Shown here piece after piece: positions 30,384 through 38,555 of a DNA stretch of 64,000 bases. This DNA is from Thermoanaerobaculia bacterium (GTDB lineage: Bacteria > Acidobacteriota > Thermoanaerobaculia > Multivoradales > Multivoraceae): positions 704,001 through 768,000 of the forward strand of contig OY762911.1 in NCBI GenBank assembly GCA_963666565.1, read 5' to 3'. The translations under genes and the position numbers were made by a program. How positions within the stretch are numbered: position 1 is the first letter of the stretch; every line of letters begins with the position of its first letter. Below the pieces are notes generated by a model. That model was not told the origin of the DNA, did no database searches, and worked only from the letters and a program-made list of their open reading frames with translations.

Positions 30384-30412
30384 ACTATAGGGCCTTCGAG
30401 GGGATTCGTCAA
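30384..30412 (-). promoter_or_regulatory. Sigma70-type promoter TTGACG-17-TATAGT, implying a leader of about 360 nt
   Basis: Near-consensus -35 and -10 boxes with 17-bp spacing in a very GC-rich genome. Confidence 0.65.
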
Positions 30413-30566
30413 GGGGTAGGGGTGTCGGAGTCAAATTGCTGAGGACATTGGGGTTACGCCCGGCGGCGGCGCACTGGGCGCGCGCCGGGTGCGCGGGTCT
30501 TCCGACCCGCATGGGGTGCGCGGGTCTTCCGACCCGCATCCGGGCCCGCCGTCGAACCGCCACGTC

Positions 30567-31820
30567 TCAGGGCGGCGCCTCCCAGTCGACGGCTTCGGGG
30601 TTCTCCTCGCCCGGGGCGGGCGGCGCCGCGGCTACCCGCCGCTCTTCCAGGGCCGGCGCCAGGGTGCGGCCGGCGGTTCCGAGCCGGTAGGCGGTCCCCG
30701 TCGCTTCCAGGCGGCGCGCGGCGGAGAAGTGGACCATCTCGCCGGCGGCGACCGGCTGGCCGTCCGCGCCCCGCTCGCCGACGGGCCTGTCGTGCCGGCC
30801 CATCAGCCGGTAGACGGCCGACATCGAGCGGCCCATCTCGCCGAGACCATCCGGCGCCAGGCCGCGCGCTGCGTCGGAGCGGAGCGCCAAGCCGGCGGCG
30901 TGGGCGCGGGTCCACATCCAGAGCAGGGAACCGTCCGAGAGGCCGGCGTTGCGAACGCCGCCGCCCACGTCGCTGTGAACGCCGGGGAACCAGAGCTGCT
31001 CGACGTTCTGGCCGGGCGCGGGCCGGGCCGTCCACAGGGTCGGCGCGAACGGCTGGCGGCCCTCGTCCACCGCCACCGCGTGGCAGGCGTTGCGGATGTG
31101 GCGGCCCAGCCGCACGTCGTGGAAGCGGTGCCGGCGAGCGCCAACCCAGTTCAGCCAGCCGATGGGCACGCCGAGCGCGCCGACGGTGTCCCAGACGCCG
31201 ACGAAGTGGACCCCGCGGCGGGACCAGGGCGCGGCCGCGGCGGCGTGAGCATCGGGCGCCGCCGGAGCGGCATGGGCGCCGGGCGAGGCCGCGGCCGCCG
31301 GGGTGGCGGGGAGGTCCGGCGACGCCGGGGCCGCCGGAGCGGCCGGAGCCGCGAAGGTCTCCAGGTGGCGCGCCGCGCGTTCGTCGCGGGCTGGGCCGGG
31401 GCGCAGGCGGTAGATGGCCATGCCGCGCAGGGCGACGTCGGCGATGGCGAGGCCGGCGGCGGCGCAACGGTCCGGGTCGGGCACGCCGCAAAGGCCGACC
31501 AGCCCGGCCAGGCTGCGCGCGGTGTAGGCGCCCCGGCTGTAGCCGAAGAAGAACAGCCGGTCGCCCGGACCGTAGTTCGTGCTCAGCCAGACGTAGGCCA
31601 GTTCCACGTTCCGGGCCAGGCCGAGGCCCAGCACCCCGCCCCGCACGCGGTCGAACCGGCCCGTGCCTACGCCGCGGTCGTAGTACCTGAGCTGTTCCGT
31701 GCCCGAGGCCGTGAACGGCGGCAGCGCCCGGCGGGTCTTGACCACGTTCGTGGCCGACGACCCGTCGTCGCTGTTCCAGGTGCCGTCGAAGCAGAGGGCG
31801 ATGTTGCGGGGCGGGGGCAA
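30567..31820 (-). CDS. DUF2235 (Tle1-like alpha/beta hydrolase/phospholipase) protein
   Basis: IALCFDGTWN, YYDRGVGT, FGYSRGAYTARSLAG, VGVWDTVGALG, HAVAVDE, WFPGVHSDVGG. Confidence 0.88.
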   Translation of the reverse strand: MPPPRNIALCFDGTWNSDDGSSATNVVKTRRALPPFTASGTEQLRYYDRGVGTGRFDRVRGGVLGLGLARNVELAYVWLSTNYGPGDRLFFFGYSRGAYTARSLAGLVGLCGVPDPDRCAAAGLAIADVALRGMAIYRLRPGPARDERAARHLETFAAPAAPAAPASPDLPATPAAAASPGAHAAPAAPDAHAAAAAPWSRRGVHFVGVWDTVGALGVPIGWLNWVGARRHRFHDVRLGRHIRNACHAVAVDEGRQPFAPTLWTARPAPGQNVEQLWFPGVHSDVGGGVRNAGLSDGSLLWMWTRAHAAGLALRSDAARGLAPDGLGEMGRSMSAVYRLMGRHDRPVGERGADGQPVAAGEMVHFSAARRLEATGTAYRLGTAGRTLAPALEERRVAAAPPAPGEENPEAVDWEAPP

Positions 31821-31905
31821 GGGAACGTGCGCGGGGGCGAGGCTGCCAACCGCCTCCAGCGGCGAAGCCTGGCCTCCTCGCGCCGGTAGAGCTTCTCCTC
31901 CGTGT

Positions 31906-32535
31906 TCAGGCGAAGGCGCGAGGGCGGCCCGCCAGATCCAGCGCCGCAGATTCGCGAGGATCGGCCGTCGGATAGTCGGGGCTCGAAGGGTTCAGGAAGG
32001 TCACGGCCTCGTAGTAGTCGTCCAGAGGAATGAACACCCCGTTCTCCTCCACCCACCGGCGCATCCGCTGATTGCAGCTACTCGCCCAGGAAACCACCTC
32101 AACGCGCCAGCCTCGCCGGTGCATCCGCTCCAGATCGGCATGGAAGCCGGCGCCGTCGTAGAAGCCCTGGCCGTCCCCCGTCAGGACCACCGCGACGCCC
32201 GTATCGCCGTTGTAGTCCGCGAAGTCGCGCAGCATCTGGAGTTGAAGGATGCGGTCGGGGCCCTGCTGCTCGCCACGTTCCACCGACCCCCTGTCGACCA
32301 GTTCGACCTTGACGCCTTCGGACTCGAGCCGGTTCCACAGGCGACGCAGCTCCGGCGGCACCGAGCCGGCGGCAATCGCCTTTTCGACCGGACGCTCAGC
32401 ACTGGCCAGCTTCATCATGTTCCGGAAGTTGACGCGGACCCTGTGCCGCGCGGAAGGGCCCTCGCGTTCCTCCGCCTCGGCCTGTGCGCCGATGAAGATG
32501 TTCGAGTTGTCCCAGTAGATGAAGACTCGGTCCAT
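31906..32535 (-). CDS. NYN domain (PIN-fold) protein
   Basis: FIYWDNSN, EQQGPD, VLTGDG..F, GWRVEVVSW. Confidence 0.82.
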   Translation of the reverse strand: MDRVFIYWDNSNIFIGAQAEAEEREGPSARHRVRVNFRNMMKLASAERPVEKAIAAGSVPPELRRLWNRLESEGVKVELVDRGSVERGEQQGPDRILQLQMLRDFADYNGDTGVAVVLTGDGQGFYDGAGFHADLERMHRRGWRVEVVSWASSCNQRMRRWVEENGVFIPLDDYYEAVTFLNPSSPDYPTADPRESAALDLAGRPRAFA

Positions 32536-32826
32536 GTGTCGAGCCTACCGGAAGGCCTCGAAGCAGGAATCGTCGCAGGCCGGGTGCGCGCGTCCTCCGA
32601 CCCGCACTGTGCGCGGGTCTTCCCGACCCGCACTGGGTGCGCGGGTCTTCCGACCCGCATCCGCCGAAGGCGGGGAAGAAATCGTCGCCGGCCTTTGGCC
32701 GGCGGCCATTCTCCCCGGTCTCCGCCGCTTCGCGGCTGCGCCCGGATGCGGGTCGGAAGACCCGCGCACCCGGCGGCAGGCGGCTAACCGCGGTCTGTTG
32801 TCTGGGCCTTTGACCGCTCGGCGGAA

Positions 32827-33120
32827 CTACTCCCCGAACAAGTCGCTCAGCCAGTTCGCGAACCGCCGGGCGAGATCGGCGTTCGCGTCCAGGTCGCCGT
32901 TGGCGTCCGCCACCACGCCCAGGGCGAGCAGGCCGGATCTCTTCAAGTCTTCCGGAAGTCCCTTGAGGAGCTTTGGGTAGCCCCTCTTGTTGATGATCGT
33001 GAAGGGCAGTTCAAAGCGTGGCGGCTCGGGCTCAACGCACACCCATTCGCCGATTCCGACAGACCTGCAAAGGTGCTCGACGACATGCTCGTCGTCTTCC
33101 CCCTCCACGAGGAGGATCAT
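32827..33120 (-). pseudogene. Truncated TOPRIM-like (DUF3226-like) partner of an AAA ATPase
   Basis: MILLVEGEDD...LGVVADAN; stops early next to a REP. Confidence 0.5.
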
Positions 33121-33143
33121 CCCTTCGTCCACCACGCGCTCGC

Positions 33144-33600
33144 CTACCGGACTTCGATTCTCTGCTCGGCCGCGACGGTGAGCTCGTCCTCGGAGTAGAC
33201 GACAGCCCGACAGCCTCGGTCGGTGCGATCCAATCGAACGAGAATGCCGTCGGTACGTTCGCACTCCGTTGCCGCCCGTGCGAAGCCCACGATGCAGTCC
33301 CAACTGTGGGTGGTCGCGAGCACCTGAATGTCGCCTTCCCGCGCCGCGCGCAGGACCAAGCGCCAGAAGTTCTCGTGCACCTTGTAGTGGAGGCCGTTTT
33401 CGGCTTCATCGATGAGAAGGAGGCCTTCGCGGCAGCGGGTAAGCGCAAAAGCCGTGCCGAAGAGCCTCGTAGCGCCATCGCCGAAGCTCTTCAGGGGCAC
33501 GGGGCGCGCGCGCCCCTTGAGCCTCAAGATGACCCGTTGACCTGACGACCGATATCCCGTTGACTCTCCCTCGCCACCGACGACAGCGATGCCGTCCACT
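33144..33600 (-). pseudogene. C-terminal fragment of an ABC/AAA_21-type ATPase
   Basis: SFGDG signature, LLLIDEAENGLH, QVLATTHS; no Walker A. Confidence 0.7.
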
Positions 33601-33649
33601 CTCTCGTCAAGAACGAGCCCCAGGGCACAAGCCAAGAACAACTGGTCTT

Positions 33650-34084
33650 CGGTCAATAGACCGCGTCGCTCACGAGACCGCCATCGAGTCCGCCGGGCGA
33701 ACCATCGCGGTCATCGGCACGCCGCTCTCGCACGTATACCCGAAGGCTCACCGGGACCTGCAGCGCCTCATCGCCGAGCGTTTCCTGGTCGTCAGCCCCG
33801 TTCCTCTGAAACGGTACGAGTCGCAGGACTACCGCCTCAACCGCTTCTTCTTCCCGGAACGGAACGTCGTTATGTCGGCGCTGACGGAGGCAACCGTCAT
33901 CGTTGAAGCCGGCGAAACCTCCGGCTCGCTGACCCAGGCCCGCGCAGCCCTGGACCAGGGGAGGAAGCTGTTCGTCCTCGACGGTTGCTTCCGGAACCCG
34001 CGATTGACCTGGCCGGCGCGCCTGGAGGAGAAGGGGGCAGTGAGGGTCCGGGACTACACCGAGATCGAACGTGAGCTTGCCTGA
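33650..34084 (+). pseudogene. C-terminal fragment of a DprA/SLOG-like protein
   Basis: IDRVAH..A..GRTIAVIGT, FFPERNVVMSAL, VEAGETSGSLTQA; 5' part missing. Confidence 0.75.
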
Positions 34085-34424
34085 GCGCTTCACGCGTGTC
34101 GACGAACTGACGAGACTCGATCACCACTGGCTGACCCCCGGCGACCGCTGTTTCTTCCTCGGCGAGTACGCCGCCAGACAGGGCTACGCCTACAGCCCGA
34201 CCAACAACCTGCTCATCAACTTCAAGAAACCGATGGACCGGCGAGGGAAACCTGAGTGGAGATACAAGGAGAAGGCGATCCGCGAGATCGCCTCAGCATT
34301 CCGTCGTGCGCTCGCCCCGGTCCGCCGGAGGGCCATGCCTTCGTGCCTATGCCGCCGTCGAAGGCGTCCCACGATCCTCTCCACGACGACCGTCTCACTC
34401 GCATGCTCCGCGCTGCAAGACTCC
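34071..34424 (+). pseudogene. Frameshifted/truncated PRTase-like partner of DprA
   Basis: DHHWLTPGDRCFFLGEY..SPTNNLLINFKKP, continuing in another frame as FVPMPPSKASHDPLHDDRL. Confidence 0.55.
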
Positions 34425-34609
34425 AGCGGCGGGATGCTGTAGTGCTTGGCCGGAACCACCGGCCCTGGGCGCGACGGAAGCGAAGTTAGTGGACGCCGGC
34501 CGGAGGCCGACGACGATGTTGTTGGCCGCCTGCGGCGGCAAGCGGGTCGGAAGACCCGCGCACCCATGCGGGTCGGAAAGACCCGCGCACCCAGCGCACC
34601 CAGGTGGGG

Positions 34610-36226
34610 TCAGGCGCCCCAGACGGTCACGGGCCGGCCGCCGAGGGACTCCTCGCGACGGTAGAGCTTCTCCTCCCACGGCTTCGACGCGTCCCGGTCG
34701 AAGATCACCAGGTGGCCCGACTCGGCGCCGCACTTGTCCATGTAGGCCAGGGTCTGCTCCAGGCCCTCGCGGATCGTCGCCTCCAGGCCGCCGCGCAGGA
34801 TCTTGCACTCCACGACGTAGCGGCGCGCCGGCACGCCGGGCTCGGCGGCGCCGGCGAAGCGGCCCGGCGGCCACACGATCAGCAGGTCCGTCCGGCGGCT
34901 GCCCAGCGCGTACTCCCGCTCGATCCGGCCGCCGCCGTTCACGATCCGCTGGAGGAACGTCTGCAGAATCAACTGCGGACCCGCCTCCTTGTACTGGAAC
35001 CGCTCGAGCCAGTGCTCCGAGTGTTCGCGGAAGAAGCGCTGAAACGCCGCCAGCAAGCCCTCCGCGTCCAGGTCGCCGTCCGGCTTCACGTACCACTCCG
35101 TCTCCTGGACGATCTCCGACTCGCGGGCGTACATGAGTTCCCGCGGGATCACTTCGCGGTAGATCGGATTGGCGATCTTCGCCGTGCCGCGCCTCGTCAG
35201 CAGACCCAGGTCCCGAACGTACTCCACGTCGTTCGAGCTGGCCATGTCCGTCCCGTTCGCGGCGCCGCCGCTCAGCACCGGCTCGACCACGCGCCGCACA
35301 CGCTCCTCCCGGAGCTTGTCCGCCAACTGGTGCAGGTGGGTCTGGCGGCTCAGGATCAACTCCTCGCGCGCCTCCATGATCTCTTCCTCGTCGATCGTCC
35401 GGGAGCGGTCCCGGTTCGCCCTGTTTCTGAAACAGGCCTGGTAGGCCAGCGCGTTCACCAGCCACGGCTGGCCCCGGGACTGGTCCCACACTGCGGCGAC
35501 CGCGCCCTCGGTGAACTCCTGACCCGTCTCCTCCGCGTGCTGACCGAGCAGCGTGCGGACGTCCGCCTCGTCGAAGTCGCCGAGCCGCAGCGACTCCGCC
35601 TTGATGTTGAAGGCGCTGCCGCCGGCGATGATCTCGCCCGCCGACTCCGAGTGGATGCGGTAGTCCCGCACGTCGCGGATGCCGCAGAGGATGACGCTCT
35701 GAGGAAACGCGGCCGGCCGTTGATCGTAGCCGGCGCGCAACTGGCGGAGCACGGAGATCAGGGTGTCGCCGACCAGCGCGTCGATCTCGTCGATCATCAA
35801 CACGAGGGGCTTGGCGTCGGCCAGCGACCAGCGACCCAGGGCCAACCGCAGCGCTCCGTGCGGCCCGGCGCGCGTCAGCGCCTCTTCCCACATGCCGTCC
35901 AGGAAGGCGTCGCCATGCGCAACGAGCGCCCGTTCGGAGATCTCGGCCAGCACCGTTCGTATTCCCTCCGCGACATCGCCTCGCGCGGTCTGCGCGGTCT
36001 CGACGTTCGCGTACACGCAGCGGTGTTCGCCGCCCTCGTTCAGCAGGTCGCGCAACGCGAGCAGCGCCGAGGTCTTCCCGGTCTGGCGCGGCGCGTGCAG
36101 CACGAAGTAGCGCTCGTCCCGGATGAGGCGCAGAACCTCGTCGAGGTCGAACCGCTCAAGCGGCGGGATGCTGTAGTGCTTGGCCGGAACCACCGGCCCG
36201 GTGGTGTTGAAGAATCGCTCGGTCAT
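34610..36226 (-). CDS. AAA-like ATPase with C-terminal PD-(D/E)xK-like domain
   Basis: RFFNTTGP, LHAPRQTGKTS, LMIDEIDAL, GQPWLVNAL; REYALGSRRTDLL...VECK. Confidence 0.8.
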   Translation of the reverse strand: MTERFFNTTGPVVPAKHYSIPPLERFDLDEVLRLIRDERYFVLHAPRQTGKTSALLALRDLLNEGGEHRCVYANVETAQTARGDVAEGIRTVLAEISERALVAHGDAFLDGMWEEALTRAGPHGALRLALGRWSLADAKPLVLMIDEIDALVGDTLISVLRQLRAGYDQRPAAFPQSVILCGIRDVRDYRIHSESAGEIIAGGSAFNIKAESLRLGDFDEADVRTLLGQHAEETGQEFTEGAVAAVWDQSRGQPWLVNALAYQACFRNRANRDRSRTIDEEEIMEAREELILSRQTHLHQLADKLREERVRRVVEPVLSGGAANGTDMASSNDVEYVRDLGLLTRRGTAKIANPIYREVIPRELMYARESEIVQETEWYVKPDGDLDAEGLLAAFQRFFREHSEHWLERFQYKEAGPQLILQTFLQRIVNGGGRIEREYALGSRRTDLLIVWPPGRFAGAAEPGVPARRYVVECKILRGGLEATIREGLEQTLAYMDKCGAESGHLVIFDRDASKPWEEKLYRREESLGGRPVTVWGA

Positions 36227-36447
36227 CGGCTTCGGCTCGCCGTCTTGGCGACTCCTCTCCGCATCGTAGCGCGTGCCGCCCGCCGGGTGCGCGGGTCTTC
36301 CGACCCGCTTCCGGGCGCAGCCGCGAAAGCGGCGGAGACCGGAGAGAATGGACGCCGCATGGGTAATGGGATGGTCCGCCCCGCCCTCTACGGCCTCTTG
36401 TAGGGCCAGAATGGGTTTTTCCCAACCAACAAGGGAGGAGACGGACC

Positions 36448-37506
36448 ATGAAGAAGGTTACTCGAGTCGGTATCGATCTGGGCAAGCGCCTGTTCCAGGT
36501 GTGCGCGATGGACTCGTCGGGCGCGGTGGTGTTTCAGCGTCAGGTGAAGGCGTCGGGGCTGATGGAGTTGATGGTGCAGCTCGAGCCGTGCCTGGTGGGC
36601 ATGGAGGCGAGCTGCGGCGCGCACTACTGGGTGGAGAAGCTGAGCGCTCTGGGTCACGACGCGCGGATGATGAGTCCTCAGTTCGTGCGGCCTTACGTGA
36701 AGTCGAACAAGAGCGACTACCACGACGCGGAGGCGATCTGCGAGGCGGTGTCCCGTCCGACGATGCGTTTCGTGCCGTACAAGACGAAGGAGCAGCGTGC
36801 TCTTCAGCAGGTTCATCGGAGCCGGGAGGCGGCGCTTCGCCGTCGCACGCAGTTGGTGAACCAGTTGCGGGGATTCCTGGGCGAGTACGGGATCGTGCTG
36901 CGTCAGGGCCGGGCGGTGGTCATGCGGGCGGTGCCCGACATCGCGAGCGACGCGGAGCGCGAGCTGCCGGGTCAGTTTCGCGCGCTGCTGTGGATGCAGT
37001 ACGAGGCTCTGATGCAGGTCCACAAGGAGGTCGAGGACCTGACCGCGATGCTGGTGCGGGAGTCGAAGGAGAACCCTCACTGCCAGCGTCTGATGTCGAT
37101 TCCGGGCATCGGTCCGATCGTGGCGACGGCGATCGTGGCGGCGGTGGGCAACGGCTGGGCTTTCAGCAGCGGTCGTCAGATGTCGGCCTGGATGGGCTTG
37201 GTGCCGCGTCAGGACTCGACCGGGGGTCGCACGGTGCTGCGCGGGATCAGCAAGCGCGGCGACCGTTACCTGCGCTCGCTCCTGATCCACGGTGCGCGGG
37301 CGGTCCTGCGCACGGCGGCGAAGGGCGAGCGAACGCGGCTGAAGGGCTGGGCGCTCGACGTCAAGCGGCGCCGGGGGCCGAACGTCGCCACGGTGGCACT
37401 GGCCAACAAGCTGGGCCGCATCGCCTGGGCGGTGCTTCGCCGCGGCGAGCTGTACCGCGACGACCGCCTCGCCGGGTCTCGGCAGAAGGTCTCTCGGGCC
37501 GCGTAG
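36448..37506 (+). CDS. IS110-family DEDD recombinase/transposase
   Basis: Protein identical to 20809-21867; GGAGGAG RBS. Confidence 0.95.
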   Translation: MKKVTRVGIDLGKRLFQVCAMDSSGAVVFQRQVKASGLMELMVQLEPCLVGMEASCGAHYWVEKLSALGHDARMMSPQFVRPYVKSNKSDYHDAEAICEAVSRPTMRFVPYKTKEQRALQQVHRSREAALRRRTQLVNQLRGFLGEYGIVLRQGRAVVMRAVPDIASDAERELPGQFRALLWMQYEALMQVHKEVEDLTAMLVRESKENPHCQRLMSIPGIGPIVATAIVAAVGNGWAFSSGRQMSAWMGLVPRQDSTGGRTVLRGISKRGDRYLRSLLIHGARAVLRTAAKGERTRLKGWALDVKRRRGPNVATVALANKLGRIAWAVLRRGELYRDDRLAGSRQKVSRAA

Positions 37507-37803
37507 CAGGCGGCTCGATCCACATCGAATCAACCAAGGAGGATTGCCCCACCAAGTCGTTGCGAGGACACAACGGAGCGATGGCGAAACAGGTCGGACC
37601 GGCGCGTCGAGAGCCTGAACCCGCGCAGGGCCATTCAACAGGCCGTCTGGGTGTACAGAAGAGACGACGCGCGCGTATTCCATCGGGGCCAGGGAGCTCG
37701 AAACCACGAGACGCCCAACAACAGGCCGAATACATGCAAGCAACGACACCTCTCTCGCCGGAACTCCGGAAAGTGCCCTTGCACAAGCGGGGCGGACCAT
37801 ACA
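37507..37803 (+). ncRNA. Candidate seek/bridge RNA region (3' non-coding region of IS copy 2)
   Basis: ACCCGCGCA (37619-37627) and CTGGGTG (37647-37653) match the two strands of the REP target. Confidence 0.6.
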
Positions 37804-38098
37804 TGCGCGGGTCTTCTGACCCGCTTCCGGGCGCAGCCGCGAAAGCGGCGGAGACCGGAGAGAATGGACGCCGCATGGGTGCGCGGGTCTTCCGACCCGC
37901 ATCGGTGCGCGGGTTTTCTGACCCGCTTTCCGCCGCAGGCGGCGGCCAGTATCGTCGCCGGCCTCCGGCCGGCGTCCATTCCCCCCGGCCTCCGCCGCTT
38001 CGCGGCGGCGCCCGGATGCGGGTCGGAAGACCCGCGCACCCAGCGGGCAACCAGCGGATAGGCTCGGCGGCGCCACTTCGACACCCAGGGAGACCGCC

Positions 38099-38434
38099 AT
38101 GACCGACACCGCCGCCGCCGTCGACGACATCTTCGCCCGGATGCCCGGCCGCCTGGACCCGCAGGCCGCCGCGGGCCTCGACGTCGTGATCCAGTTCGAC
38201 CTCTCGGGCGAGGGCGGCGGCGTCCGGCACTGCGCGATCAAGGACGGCGCCTGCACCGTCGGCGAGGGCGCCCACGACGCGCCGACGATGACCCTGTCGA
38301 TGGAGGCCGCCGACTACGTCGCGCTCATTTCCGGCGAGCTGGACGGCACCGTCGCCTTCATGAGCGGGAAGCTGCGGATCGACGGCGACATGGGGCTGGC
38401 GATGCGGATGCAGAGCCTGTTTCGCACCGACTGA
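38099..38434 (+). CDS. SCP2 sterol/lipid-binding domain protein
   Basis: IQFDLSGEGGG, LISGELDG..AFMSGKLRIDGDMGLA. Confidence 0.88.
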   Translation: MTDTAAAVDDIFARMPGRLDPQAAAGLDVVIQFDLSGEGGGVRHCAIKDGACTVGEGAHDAPTMTLSMEAADYVALISGELDGTVAFMSGKLRIDGDMGLAMRMQSLFRTD

Positions 38435-38555
38435 GACTGGGTACGCGGGTCTTCCGACCCGCCCCGGACGGAGCCGCGGAGCGGCGGAGACCGGAAGGAG
38501 CGGAGGTTGGCCAGAGGCCGACGACGGTAGTGGACACCGCCCCGCGCACCGACAG

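Larger units (their letters stand above)
36364..37803 (+). mobile_element. IS110-family, IS1111-group insertion sequence, copy 2 (1440 bp), inserted in a REP
   Basis: IRl 36371-36384 (7 nt from the end), IRr 37787-37800 (3 nt from the end); empty site GGGT|GCGCGGGTC. Confidence 0.92.

Noticed and set aside
30567-31820. Type VI secretion effector locus
   Set aside because: DUF2235 is present, but there is no vgrG, PAAR or immunity gene nearby.
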